64,000 bases of DNA from Nitrospirota bacterium (GTDB lineage Bacteria > Nitrospirota > Nitrospiria > JACQCE01). Both the position numbers and the translations under genes were made by a program. The notes beneath the pieces were generated by a model. The model had not been told where the DNA came from. It made no database searches and saw only the letters and a program-made list of their open reading frames with translations. The stretch lies in NCBI GenBank assembly GCA_016201765.1, contig JACQCE010000062.1, forward strand, positions 11,419 through 75,418, given 5' to 3'. Of the stretch, positions 10,415-19,890 are shown piece after piece. The stretch's first letter is position 1. Every line of letters begins with the position of its first letter.

Positions 10415-11074
10415 ATCGCCACAAAACCACGAGTCAACAGGGAGATCAAGACCGACAAAATCCGCGTGATCAGCTCGAAGAACGAGCAATTGGGCGTCCT
10501 GCTCGTTCCCGAGGCGTTGCGCCTGGCGGAAGCGGAGGGGCTTGATCTGGTCGAAGTTGCGCCCACGGCCGCGCCGCCGGTCTGCCGTATCATGGATTAC
10601 GGCAAATACAAGTATGAGCAAACCAAGAAACAGCACGCGGCCAAGCTCCACCAACGCGGCACCCAGCTCAAGGAGGTGAAATTCCGCCCCTTCACGAGCC
10701 AGCATGACGTGGATTACAAGCTCCGCCATGCCATCGACTTTCTGGCCGACGGCCACAAGGTCAAGCTGACCGTCATGTTTCGGGGACGGGAGCTCGCGCA
10801 CCAGGAGGCGGGGCACGCGCTCCTTGACCGGCTGAAGACCGCGCTGGCGGATGTCTGCACGCCGGACCATCCGGCCCGGACGGAAGGACGGAATATGATG
10901 ATCATCGTGTCGCCGAAGGCGCAGGCCGTCGGCAAGCGCAAGACGGCGGCAAAACCCAAAAAAGCGGCGGCATCAGGCGCGGTGAAAAAATCGCCGACGC
11001 CGGCCGAGGCACCCGCAGCCGTCGCACCCGCGCCACCCGCGGGTCCGGCGAGCGAAACGACAAAGGACGCATAA
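10415..11074 (+). CDS. infC: Translation initiation factor IF-3 with non-canonical ATC start
   Basis: PPVCRIMDYGKYKYE and MFRGRE motifs; the conserved RVNREI lies upstream of the ORF-track start; SD AAAGGAG 6 nt before in-frame ATC 10415. Confidence 0.93.
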   Translation: MATKPRVNREIKTDKIRVISSKNEQLGVLLVPEALRLAEAEGLDLVEVAPTAAPPVCRIMDYGKYKYEQTKKQHAAKLHQRGTQLKEVKFRPFTSQHDVDYKLRHAIDFLADGHKVKLTVMFRGRELAHQEAGHALLDRLKTALADVCTPDHPARTEGRNMMIIVSPKAQAVGKRKTAAKPKKAAASGAVKKSPTPAEAPAAVAPAPPAGPASETTKDA

Positions 11075-11283
11075 TGGCACGCACCAAACTGAAAACACAC
11101 CGGGGGGCGGCAAAACGCTTTCGAATCTCAGGCACGGGGAAGGTCGTCAGCACCCCGGCCGGCCGCCGCCATCTCATGACGGACAAGCGGCGGAACCGCA
11201 AGCGGTCGCTCCGGGGCAATGAGCCGATTTCGGCGGCCAATCAATCGGCGATCCACAAACTCCTGCCGTACGGGGTCAGATAA
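11074..11283 (+). CDS. rpmI: 50S ribosomal protein L35
   Basis: KLKTHRGAAKRFRISGTGK; operon position. Confidence 0.96.
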   Translation: MARTKLKTHRGAAKRFRISGTGKVVSTPAGRRHLMTDKRRNRKRSLRGNEPISAANQSAIHKLLPYGVR

Positions 11284-11286
11284 AGT

Positions 11287-11379
11287 AAAGGGGCAAGGGG
11301 CAAGTAGCAAGGGGCAAGAAGAACCATTTACAAATTTTTACAGTCTCCTTGCCCCATGACCCTTGACCCATGACCCTGT
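11287..11379. repeat. Heptamer tandem-repeat hairpin between rpmI and rplT
   Basis: (AAGGGGC)n ... (CCTTGCC/CCATGAC)n. Confidence 0.7.
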
Positions 11380-11430
11380 CATTTATTATAGTTGGCCTTC
11401 ACAAATTCAGGTTTGAAATTGAGGTAAACC

Positions 11431-11823
11431 ATGCCACGAGCTAAAGGCGGGCCGAAAACCCGTGTGCGCAGACGAAAACGGCTGAAACTGGCCAAAGGGT
11501 ATTACGGCGCCAAGAGCAAACTGTTTCGAACTGCCACCGAGCAGGTCGATAAAGGACGCCAATACGCCTATCGCGACCGGCGGGCCCGCAAACGGACGTT
11601 CCGGAGCCTCTGGATTGCCCGGATCAACGCCGCCCTCGCGCCGGAAGGGCTCTCCTACAGCCGGTTCATCGCCGGGCTGAAAACGGCGGGCATTGGTTTG
11701 GATCGCAAGAGCCTGGCGCAACTGGCCGCCGACGATCCCTCCGCCTTCTCGGCGATCGTCAGCCGCGTGAAGACGGTCCTGCCGGCCGGCGGGAAGTCCG
11801 CGCCGCTGGCCGCAGCCGGTTAA
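11431..11823 (+). CDS. rplT: 50S ribosomal protein L20
   Basis: [31 protein letters not shown]. Confidence 0.97.
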   Translation: MPRAKGGPKTRVRRRKRLKLAKGYYGAKSKLFRTATEQVDKGRQYAYRDRRARKRTFRSLWIARINAALAPEGLSYSRFIAGLKTAGIGLDRKSLAQLAADDPSAFSAIVSRVKTVLPAGGKSAPLAAAG

Positions 11824-13489
11824 GATCCAGCTCCCACGCCACGCAGGGCATCGTAATCTTCCACCGCTCCAATACCGCGGGGTGGAGTTCGCCGATCCAT
11901 CCCGCGGCCTGTTCGCCGATTCGAATCACGCCGACCCGGCCCTCCAAAAACGACGGATGAACCGCCGGTTCGAGGCGGTAGGCCGCGCCGGCCTCCAACA
12001 TCAACAGCTCCAACGAGGAATGCAGTTCTGAAAAAGCCGCCGACGGCGCGGCGAGCATCGCCGCCAGGCGCAGATCGGTCCGACTCTTCCGGCTGTTGCC
12101 GCCCTCTTCAATGACCGTCGCCACCTCCCCGACCTCGAACATTTTGTGGGGATAGAAGGCGTGGCCTGAGGCCGCCTCAACCCGCAAGAGTGAAGGCAGC
12201 AACCATGGCCGCAGCACGGCATACTGCAATGACAGCGGATTCTCCAGTTCCACCATCGGCGGCTCCGCGCCCATCTTCTCCGCCAGATCGCTGTGCGAGG
12301 AGAGAATATTGGTCATCACTTCCTGAAACCCCAGCCCGATCATCCACCGGCGGACCTGTTCCTCCAGCCGCGTCTCCGGCGACAGCCCGCCCACGGTGAA
12401 GGTGGCCGGCAGTTCCGGCGTCAGCCGGTCGTAGCCGCGCTGCATGGCAATGTCCTCGATGAGATCGACCGGGTGCATCAGATCGCCCCGATAGGGCGGC
12501 GGCGTCGCCGTCCAGCGGCCGGAGGCGGCCGTGACACGGTGGCCGGCCTGCCGCAGCGCGCGCGCAATCTCGCCATCCGCAAGCCGCTCTCCCAGCACCG
12601 CGTCCACCTCGGCGCGCCGGACCGTCATCGATCTGGAAATGTCATGCGGCATCACCACCCGACGGCCGTAGGGCGTCGTCCTGGGATAGACGATCTCGAC
12701 CGGTTCGATCGTCGCGCCCCGGTCGGCCAGATTCTGGGCGAGAAGATTTACCAGCAGACTGACCAGGCGAAGATCGGTCCCCGTGACTTCAATCAATACA
12801 TGTTTATCTCCCGGTCGCACCTCGCCCACTTCCCGGCTGTTGACGATCGGCGGCAGGGAGAGCGGCCGCCCCTTGGCATCGGTGAGCAACGGCACCAGGG
12901 AGGAGCCGCGGAGCAAATGGCCGTACTCGCGTCCCTTCGGATGTTCATCCAGGATCGCTTCAAGCGTCAGCGGCTGGTCCATCCCCAGCGGCGTGAAGAC
13001 CGCCGCCGTCGGCTCGACCGCCGTGTACGTGAGCGGAAACGTCAACGGGTCGAGCCGGTAGTAGCCGATCGAGAGCGCCCGCCGCTTCTGGCCGAAAATT
13101 TCCGCCAGTTTTTCCTGCGTCTGGATGAGCTGATCGAGAAGCGATTGATTGATGTTGCTGTTCCGCGCAACACAGGCGCCCAGAAACGGCCGGATGGGCG
13201 TCACCGGTGCAAGCACTCGAATCTGTCGGAGGACCCGCCTCCCCATCCGACCCGGCAACCCGCGTACCGGTTTCCCGTCATGCAGCCGGATCTGCCTGGC
13301 GATCCCCTCCGCGCACCACCAGTCGGGCCGGTTGCTGTCGTTCAGTTCGATCTTGAGTTCGTCGCCGTCGGCGCCGACCTCCTTGAGCTCCCCTTTCACC
13401 AGCGGCAGCAGCCCCTCGAGGACATCAATCGGAATCGCCCGGCCTGCCAGCCGGGCCAGTTCACGCCGTCGGATCGTAATCGTCGGCAT
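11759..13489 (-). CDS. pheT: Phenylalanine--tRNA ligase beta subunit, archaeal/eukaryotic type
   Basis: 576 aa; [34 protein letters not shown]; lacks the bacterial B2 OB-fold and B8 anticodon domains. Confidence 0.9.
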   Translation of the reverse strand: MPTITIRRRELARLAGRAIPIDVLEGLLPLVKGELKEVGADGDELKIELNDSNRPDWWCAEGIARQIRLHDGKPVRGLPGRMGRRVLRQIRVLAPVTPIRPFLGACVARNSNINQSLLDQLIQTQEKLAEIFGQKRRALSIGYYRLDPLTFPLTYTAVEPTAAVFTPLGMDQPLTLEAILDEHPKGREYGHLLRGSSLVPLLTDAKGRPLSLPPIVNSREVGEVRPGDKHVLIEVTGTDLRLVSLLVNLLAQNLADRGATIEPVEIVYPRTTPYGRRVVMPHDISRSMTVRRAEVDAVLGERLADGEIARALRQAGHRVTAASGRWTATPPPYRGDLMHPVDLIEDIAMQRGYDRLTPELPATFTVGGLSPETRLEEQVRRWMIGLGFQEVMTNILSSHSDLAEKMGAEPPMVELENPLSLQYAVLRPWLLPSLLRVEAASGHAFYPHKMFEVGEVATVIEEGGNSRKSRTDLRLAAMLAAPSAAFSELHSSLELLMLEAGAAYRLEPAVHPSFLEGRVGVIRIGEQAAGWIGELHPAVLERWKITMPCVAWELDLNRLRPAARTSRRPAGPSSRG

Positions 13490-13492
13490 CGG

Positions 13493-15097
13493 TCAGGCGC
13501 CCGGGCCCGTCTCCCCCGTCTCAATCGACACCGACGGAGGGCGAAGCGTGCGAAGGAATTCCAGATCGGTGGCGAAGAGATCACGGATGTCGTGCAGCCC
13601 CATCGCCACCATCGCCATCCGGTCCAGGCCCAATCCCCACGCGATCACCGGCACCGTCACCCCCATGGGGGTGGTGACCTCGGGCCGGAAAAGGCCGGCG
13701 CCGCCCAGCTCCATCCAGCCCAGCTTGGGGTGGCGGACGTGCAGCTCGACCGACGGTTCGGTGAAGGGGAAATAGGCCGGAAGGAATTTGATCTCGTCCG
13801 CCCGGGCCAGTTCAACGGCAAACAGCTTCAGCAGGCCGAGCAGCGTCCGGAAGGTGATCGTCGGATCGAGCACGATGCCTTCTATTTGGAAAAAATCGGG
13901 CGCGTGCGTGGCGTCGACCTGATCGTACCTGAAGCAACGCGTGATCGAAAAATATTTGCCCGGCACGCGGGGGCCGCCGGCCAGCGTCCGGGCCGAGACC
14001 GCCGTGCCCTGGCTGCGCAGAATCATCTGTCGGGCGCGGGCCCGATCGAAGGCGTACCGCCAGCCGGTCGATGCCCCGCCCCCGCCCCGCTCGTGCGTCA
14101 CCGCCACCCGTTCCAAGAGCGCCGGATCGATGTCATCCGCCGGCGCCAATCCCTTGGCGAAATAGACGTCGTGAATGTCGCGGGCGGGGTGAAACTGGGG
14201 CATGAAAAGCGCATCCATGTTCCAGAACTCGCTTTCCACCAGCGGCCCGCGCATCTCCTGAAAGCCCATCGACACCAGCTTGGCCTGCACCTCGCCCAGA
14301 AACTGCCGATAGGGATGGACGCGGCCGGCGCCGATCCGGGGCGGCTTCAAATCGATGTGGAACTTTCGAAAGCGCTTCCCCTTCCACGACCCGTCCTTGA
14401 GCATCTCCGGCGTCAGCTGGGAGACTTCCCCCGCGGCCGACTCGGCGGGGAGGCGCTGGACTAACTCGCGCCCCAGGTCGGTCAGGGCAAACCGTTTTGA
14501 CACCTTTTCATGAAGCTTGATAATTCCTCTCGTTTTCCATCTCTTCTCAATAAAATCTTCAAGAATAGTTTTATGATTTTCCGTGAGTGTTTCCTCACCA
14601 ACCGGAGTGGCGGAAGCGGCCAGCAGCCCAATGAGACCGGTCATGCCCTGTTCGCCGATCACTTGTGACGGCAGGCCGACGCCCGCCAACTCCAGCACCC
14701 CTCCCTGCCCGATCCGGGCCACGCCATGCTGCTTGAGGTTGCCGACCGCCGTGCTCACCTCCAACTGGTCCAATCCCAGCCGCTCGCGCAGGTCCGGGAT
14801 CAACAGACGCGTGCCGGCCTGAAGCGCCTGAACGATCCGCTGTTCCGGAATCAGTTCCGTGGCATAGCGCCGCCCCAGTTCGGTCAACGAGACGAACTTC
14901 GATGTCCGATCCTGTTCAACGCACAGGACTTCCTTCGACAGCAGCCAGCCAAATGCCATCGAGAGGCGCGATTCATCCAGACCGGTTCGTTGGGCCAGTT
15001 GATGATCCCAGGCCGCCGGCTCATCGCGAAACACGGCCAGGACCGTCCGCTCCAGCGGGTGCAGTCCGAACAGCAGTTGCTCGATGGATTGGGACAC
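13493..15097 (-). CDS. pheS: Phenylalanine--tRNA ligase alpha subunit, archaeal/eukaryotic type
   Basis: 534 aa with long N-terminal extension; WNMDALFMPQFHPARD, DATH, YFPFTEPS, AWGLGLDR. Confidence 0.92.
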   Translation of the reverse strand: MSQSIEQLLFGLHPLERTVLAVFRDEPAAWDHQLAQRTGLDESRLSMAFGWLLSKEVLCVEQDRTSKFVSLTELGRRYATELIPEQRIVQALQAGTRLLIPDLRERLGLDQLEVSTAVGNLKQHGVARIGQGGVLELAGVGLPSQVIGEQGMTGLIGLLAASATPVGEETLTENHKTILEDFIEKRWKTRGIIKLHEKVSKRFALTDLGRELVQRLPAESAAGEVSQLTPEMLKDGSWKGKRFRKFHIDLKPPRIGAGRVHPYRQFLGEVQAKLVSMGFQEMRGPLVESEFWNMDALFMPQFHPARDIHDVYFAKGLAPADDIDPALLERVAVTHERGGGGASTGWRYAFDRARARQMILRSQGTAVSARTLAGGPRVPGKYFSITRCFRYDQVDATHAPDFFQIEGIVLDPTITFRTLLGLLKLFAVELARADEIKFLPAYFPFTEPSVELHVRHPKLGWMELGGAGLFRPEVTTPMGVTVPVIAWGLGLDRMAMVAMGLHDIRDLFATDLEFLRTLRPPSVSIETGETGPGA

Positions 15098-15110
15098 GGA
15101 AGGAAACGCG

Positions 15111-15839
15111 TTACCGACCCGCCGCCTCGCGCATCTGGCGGATGGTCTCTGTGTAATTGTTGCTGCCGAAGATCGCCGAGCCGGCCACGAAGATCGTCGC
15201 CCCGGCTTCGGCCAGGAGTTTGACGTTGTCCGGTTTCACGCCGCCGTCGACCTCCAGCTCGACCGACAGTCCCCGCGCATCGATGATGGCGCGCGCCTGC
15301 CGGACCTTCTCCAGCGCCTGCGGAATGAACCGCTGGCCGCCGAACCCCGGATTGACCGACATAATCAGCAGCAAGTCGGCTTCGGAGAGCATTGGCTCAA
15401 CCAGATTCAGGGGCGTGGAGGGATTGAGCGTCACGCCCGCCTTGACGCCCCGCTCCTTGATCATCTGGAGCGTCCGGTGCAGATGGGGACACGTTTCCAC
15501 ATGGACGGTCAAATAGGTGCTCCCGGCGTCGGCAAACTCCGGGATCAGCCGCTCCGGCTCGACGATCATCAGATGCACGTCGAGCGGCAGCCGCGTCGAC
15601 TTCCGGGCCGCTTCGACCACCACCGGCCCGACGGTCAGGTTCGGCACGAACCGGCCGTCCATCACGTCAATGTGGATCAGATCGGCGCCGGCCGCCTCCA
15701 CCGCCTGGATCTCGTCCGCCAGCCTAGAGAAATCGGCCGAGAGGATCGACGGGGCAATGCGTACGGGCCGAACCGGCCGCGGCGAGTGTGACGAGCCGGG
15801 CTTCCCAGGCTTCCCAAGCTTTGATGACGACGCGCTCAT
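15111..15839 (-). CDS. rpe: Ribulose-phosphate 3-epimerase
   Basis: IAPSILSADF, HIDVMDG, MSVNPGFGGQ, EVDGG; start is approximate. Confidence 0.95.
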   Translation of the reverse strand: MSASSSKLGKPGKPGSSHSPRPVRPVRIAPSILSADFSRLADEIQAVEAAGADLIHIDVMDGRFVPNLTVGPVVVEAARKSTRLPLDVHLMIVEPERLIPEFADAGSTYLTVHVETCPHLHRTLQMIKERGVKAGVTLNPSTPLNLVEPMLSEADLLLIMSVNPGFGGQRFIPQALEKVRQARAIIDARGLSVELEVDGGVKPDNVKLLAEAGATIFVAGSAIFGSNNYTETIRQMREAAGR

Positions 15840-17293
15840 GATTCCCTCCCCTTGACCAGCCTGGCGGCGAAAAAGCCGTCCATCCGCTCGCCTTTCAGCA
15901 CGGTGGAAAGATAGCCCTCCTGGGTCAGCAGCGTGGCCGCCGAGTCGGGCAGCAACGGCCGGGGATGCTCCAGCCGGAACGTCCGCTGCCGCTCCAGAAA
16001 TGCCTCGACCACCGACTGATTTTCCTCGGGCTCGGTCGAGCAGGTGCTGTAGACCAGGACGCCGCCCGGCTTGAGCAACGGCGCGATATTCGACAGGATC
16101 GCCAGCGCCGTCCGGGCCGAGTCGTGAATCGACCGGGCCGTCTTGATCCACTTCCCCTCCGGATGGCGGCGCAACACGCCGAGGCCTGAACAGGGCGCAT
16201 CGACCAAAATACGGTCGAACTTCATCCCCTCGGCCGTCGGCAGCCGCTTGGCCGCATCGGCCGCCATGGTCCGGATGATGGTCACGCCCAGCCGCCGGTT
16301 GTTCGCCTCCACCACCGCCAGCCGTTCGGGATTTCGGTCGACGGCCAGCACCGAGCCGCGGTTGTCCATCAACTCGGCCATCTCGGTCGCCTTGCCGCCC
16401 GGCGCCGCGCAGGCGTCGAGCGCCGTGTCACCGGGTTTCGGCGCCAGCAGCAACGGCACCAATTGCGACGCTTCATCCTGCACGTAGAACCAGCCCGAGG
16501 CGTAGCCGGGCAGGCCGGTCACCGCCCCGTCATGCTCGACATGAAGGCCGGCCGGGGCATGGGCGCAGCGCGTCGACGCAATGCCCTCCTCCTGCAGGAT
16601 GCGTTGATAGTCGGCCACGCCGAGCTTGAGCCGGTTGACGCGGATCGTCAGCGGCGCGGGCTCGTTGTTCGCCCGGCAGAGCGCGATCGTCCGCTGCGAC
16701 CCGTAGCGTTTGAGCCAGCGCCTGACCAGCCAGGTCGGATGGGAATAGTTGACCGAGATGTGCTCGATCGGCTGTTGCAGGAGATCCGGCAGCGTCCATT
16801 CGTGCCGGCGGATGATCAGGTTCCGCAACAGGGCGTTCACCAGCGGCGCGCTCTTGGCGCCCAGCCGCGCCTTGGTCAACTCCACCGACTGGTCGACCGC
16901 CGCGTAGTCAGGCACCCGCTTGAGCCAGAGCAACTGGTAGGCGCCCAACCGCAGAATCTGCTTGAGGACCGCCTGACGGGTATACGGCGTCTGATGCGCC
17001 ACCTGCTGCAGCCCCCAATCGAGAAAAAGCCGATGGCGCAAGACGCCATTGACCAGTTCATGGAGCAGGGCGCGGTCATCGGATGACAGAGGGGATGACA
17101 GAGGGGATGACAGAGGGGATGACAGGGGGGATGAGAGCGGGGTGGCGCCCTGCCGGGCCGCCTGATCGATCGCCTGCTGCGCGGTCGTCTTGCCCGTGTC
17201 GATTGCGAGCAACGCGGTGACGGCCGCCTGCCGGGCCGGCGTGCCGCGATACGTTGCCGACGGGCTTTTTTTTGAGACACGCGTTGCGGTCAT
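15836..17293 (-). CDS. rsmB: 16S rRNA m5C967 methyltransferase
   Basis: NusB-like N domain; DACAAPGGK, DAPCSGLG, YSTCS. Confidence 0.93.
   Translation of the reverse strand: MTATRVSKKSPSATYRGTPARQAAVTALLAIDTGKTTAQQAIDQAARQGATPLSSPLSSPLSSPLSSPLSSDDRALLHELVNGVLRHRLFLDWGLQQVAHQTPYTRQAVLKQILRLGAYQLLWLKRVPDYAAVDQSVELTKARLGAKSAPLVNALLRNLIIRRHEWTLPDLLQQPIEHISVNYSHPTWLVRRWLKRYGSQRTIALCRANNEPAPLTIRVNRLKLGVADYQRILQEEGIASTRCAHAPAGLHVEHDGAVTGLPGYASGWFYVQDEASQLVPLLLAPKPGDTALDACAAPGGKATEMAELMDNRGSVLAVDRNPERLAVVEANNRRLGVTIIRTMAADAAKRLPTAEGMKFDRILVDAPCSGLGVLRRHPEGKWIKTARSIHDSARTALAILSNIAPLLKPGGVLVYSTCSTEPEENQSVVEAFLERQRTFRLEHPRPLLPDSAATLLTQEGYLSTVLKGERMDGFFAARLVKGRES
17081..17140. repeat. 12-bp coding tandem repeat encoding (PLSS)5 in rsmB
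   Basis: GGATGACAGAGG, 3 perfect and 2 degenerate copies. Confidence 0.9.
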
Positions 17294-17317
17294 GGCAGCG
17301 GATCTCCGCACTCGTCC

Positions 17318-18370
17318 TCAGACACGGGCGGGCTCACCGAGCATCGATCTCACCTTGACCGGGTGGCCGGCCAGAAATTCCGCCGCCGTCATCCGCCGGC
17401 GGTCGGGAATCTGCAACTCCTGAATCGTCACCCAATCGCGGCCGGTCGCCACGTCGATTCCGCCCGTCCCGCCGTGTCCGGCTGGATGCACCGCCGCGAT
17501 CATCCCCGGCGGCCATTGCCCCGCGCCGCGCGGCGTCACCGAGGCCCGCCAGATCCGCCACGGCTGCTCAGCGTAACTGGTCCAGGCCCCCGGCCAGGGA
17601 TCGGTGCCACGCACCAGATTCACAATCTCGCGCGCCGGACGGTCCCAGAAAATCTGCCCGTCGTTTTTATTCATAAGCGGCGCCATTGTCGCACGGGCAT
17701 GCTCCTGCGGCGTCGCCGCGACGGCCCCTCGCGCCCAAGCGTCGATCGTGTCGACCAGCAGCGAGGCGCCGACGCGCGACAGTCGGTCGGCCAGTTCCCC
17801 TGCCCGCTCATCCGGTTTGATATCCACCGCCTGCTGCATCAGCATCGGCCCCGTATCCATCCCCTCGTCCATCAGGATCGTGGTGATGCCGGTCCGTTCC
17901 TCTCCGCGAATGATCGCCCATTGAATCGGCGCCGCGCCCCGATAGGCCGGCAGCAGCGACGCATGAACATTGACGCAGCCTTTGGGCGGAATCTCCAGGA
18001 TGGCCTTGGGGAGAATCTGTCCGAACGCCACGACGACGATCAGGTCGGGCCGCTGCGCCCGGATCTGCTCAACCGCCTCGGGCGCCCTCACCCGCTCCGG
18101 CTGCCAGACCGGAATCCCCAGCCGCACCGCCGCGTCTTTCACCGGCGGGGACGCAACCGCCTGGCCGCGCCCTTTTGGCCGGTCAGGCGCCGTTACCACG
18201 CCGATCAATTCAAAACCGGTGGCGAGCTGTTCATCAACCCCGCCCGCCCGACGAATCGGGCGGGCCAGGGCCTCCAGACTCGGCACGGCGAACGCCGGCG
18301 TTCCCATGAAGAGCACACGCATTGCATCCGTCGATAGGAGTGGACGATCAGCCGCCGCGCGGTGCGTCAC
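17318..18370 (-). CDS. fmt: Methionyl-tRNA formyltransferase
   Basis: FMGTPAFA, NVHASLLPAYRGAAPI, MDTG. Confidence 0.95.
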   Translation of the reverse strand: MTHRAAADRPLLSTDAMRVLFMGTPAFAVPSLEALARPIRRAGGVDEQLATGFELIGVVTAPDRPKGRGQAVASPPVKDAAVRLGIPVWQPERVRAPEAVEQIRAQRPDLIVVVAFGQILPKAILEIPPKGCVNVHASLLPAYRGAAPIQWAIIRGEERTGITTILMDEGMDTGPMLMQQAVDIKPDERAGELADRLSRVGASLLVDTIDAWARGAVAATPQEHARATMAPLMNKNDGQIFWDRPAREIVNLVRGTDPWPGAWTSYAEQPWRIWRASVTPRGAGQWPPGMIAAVHPAGHGGTGGIDVATGRDWVTIQELQIPDRRRMTAAEFLAGHPVKVRSMLGEPARV

Positions 18371-18933
18371 AACGCGCCGGCTGATTCCTCCCGTTCATCA
18401 TGATCATGATCGCACGTGTGATCATGCACGTGCGTCGTCCGCATCCGCTTGCGATGGCGGCGCAGAAACATGTTCCGTTTCAAACTGCTGATCCGATCGA
18501 TCAACAACCGGCCGTTGAGATGATCAGTTTCATGCTGAAAGAGCCGGGCCAGCAACCCCTCCCCCTCCAGCGTCACCACCTTCCTCGTGCGATCCATCCC
18601 CTGGATCTTCACCCAGTTGGCCCGGCTGACCACCACCCGGTAATCGGGCACGCTCAAGCAACCCTCATCATCCGACTGGGCGCCGCGTCGCTCCAGAATC
18701 ACCGGATTGATGAGCGCCTGGGGTTGCCGCGCGCCGTCCGTGTGGCCGATGTCGTAGACGAACAACCGCAGCGGCACGCCGATCTGCGGCGCGGCCAGAC
18801 CGATGCCCGGCGCGTCATACATCGTCTCGATCATATCCTCAATGAGCCGGTCGATCTCGGCGTCCACGCGCTCGACCGGCCTGGCCGGTTGCCGAAGCAC
18901 CGCCTCGGGAAACTCAACAATGGGTCGTATCAT
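18367..18933 (-). CDS. def: Peptide deformylase
   Basis: GIGLAAPQ, EGCLS, QHETDHLNG. Confidence 0.96.
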   Translation of the reverse strand: MIRPIVEFPEAVLRQPARPVERVDAEIDRLIEDMIETMYDAPGIGLAAPQIGVPLRLFVYDIGHTDGARQPQALINPVILERRGAQSDDEGCLSVPDYRVVVSRANWVKIQGMDRTRKVVTLEGEGLLARLFQHETDHLNGRLLIDRISSLKRNMFLRRHRKRMRTTHVHDHTCDHDHDEREESAGAL

Positions 18934-19031
18934 GTGACTGGTGGCTTGATGTTTGCACTCATCCCACACCGCGCAGCGTCGACATTCTGACACGCTTCCC
19001 GGCCAAAATCAACCGACTCAGATACAAGAGA

Positions 19032-19146
19032 AGGTGGCTTGGTGGTAAGGTCGCTGGGTAGCCAGGGAGAGATCATTGGAGCGCTGGGTGGCGCCCATGA
19101 TCACGGAGTTCCCCAGCCACCTAACCACCCAGCCACCGAGCTACCT
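19032..19146. repeat. Octamer tandem-repeat hairpin, second copy
   Basis: AGGTGGCT-like x4 ... AGCCACC-like x4. Confidence 0.8.
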
Positions 19147-19157
19147 TCTTACTTTCC

Positions 19158-19187
19158 TTGACACCATCAAGATCGCTCTGCTAGCAT
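19158..19187 (+). promoter_or_regulatory. Promoter of tRNA-fMet
   Basis: TTGACA-N18-TAGCAT, ending 5 nt before the tRNA 5' end. Confidence 0.65.
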
Positions 19188-19226
19188 GCGGTCGCGGGGT
19201 GGAGCAGCCTGGTAGCTCGTCGGGCT

Positions 19227-19890
19227 CAATTCCGCGAGAACAACGTGGAAACCAAACTCAAGGGAGATATCGCAGAGCAGGCGGCCACTCTTCAAGCCCT
19301 GAAGCGTGGATGGGGAGTGCTCAAGCCCGTGGGGGACCGGTTGCCGTATGACCTGGTCCTCGATGTGGCGGGAGTCCTCGTCAAAGCGCAGGTCAAGTCT
19401 GCCTGGCTTGATGAGTCTTCTCAGAATCATGTCATCGACAATCGTCGCACCAAAACGAACCGTCGCGTCATGATTCGAGAGACCTATCAGCCCGAGGATT
19501 TTGACTTTGCGCTGGCTTACCTGCCTGAGTTAGATCTGTTTTATGTCTTCCCGGTCGAGGTTTTCATTGGCTACGGCAGTGAAATCCATTTGGTCGAAGC
19601 CGACAAGCGGCAGCGGAAGCCCCGGTCTTCAGGCTATCGCAACGCTTGGGAGTTGATCTCGCAATGGGCTGCGCAGAAGGAAACTTCTGTGCGATATCCT
19701 GTCAAATTCGGGGAAGCCGGTGATTCGGTAATCCCGAGCCAAGCGCTGGCAGCCGCAAGGCCGCTGGCGAAGGTGTAGAGACTTAATGGCAGGCACCCTC
19801 CGGTTCGGCCGAGGGTGAAGAGAAAGTCCAGACTGCAAACTGGTCCATCGTAGCGAACGCGGGCCAGGCAGCGAAAGCTGTAGCGGTACG
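19227..19890 (+). mobile_element. Group I intron (664 nt) inserted after U33 of tRNA-fMet
   Basis: Exon ends in U and intron ends in G; P (AAATTCGGGGAA), Q (AATCCCGAGC), R (GAAGGTGTAGAGACT), S (GAAGAGAAAGTCC); P3 CCTGTCA/TGGCAGG; P8 CACCCTC/GAGGGTG. Confidence 0.93.
19245..19778 (+). CDS. Intron-encoded PD-(D/E)XK homing endonuclease (I-Ssp6803I-like)
   Basis: TKLKGDIAEQ, PYDLV, AQVK; located inside the intron. Confidence 0.88.
   Translation: METKLKGDIAEQAATLQALKRGWGVLKPVGDRLPYDLVLDVAGVLVKAQVKSAWLDESSQNHVIDNRRTKTNRRVMIRETYQPEDFDFALAYLPELDLFYVFPVEVFIGYGSEIHLVEADKRQRKPRSSGYRNAWELISQWAAQKETSVRYPVKFGEAGDSVIPSQALAAARPLAKV

Noticed and set aside
12293..14464. 723-aa plus-strand ORF
   Set aside because: Antisense shadow of pheT/pheS
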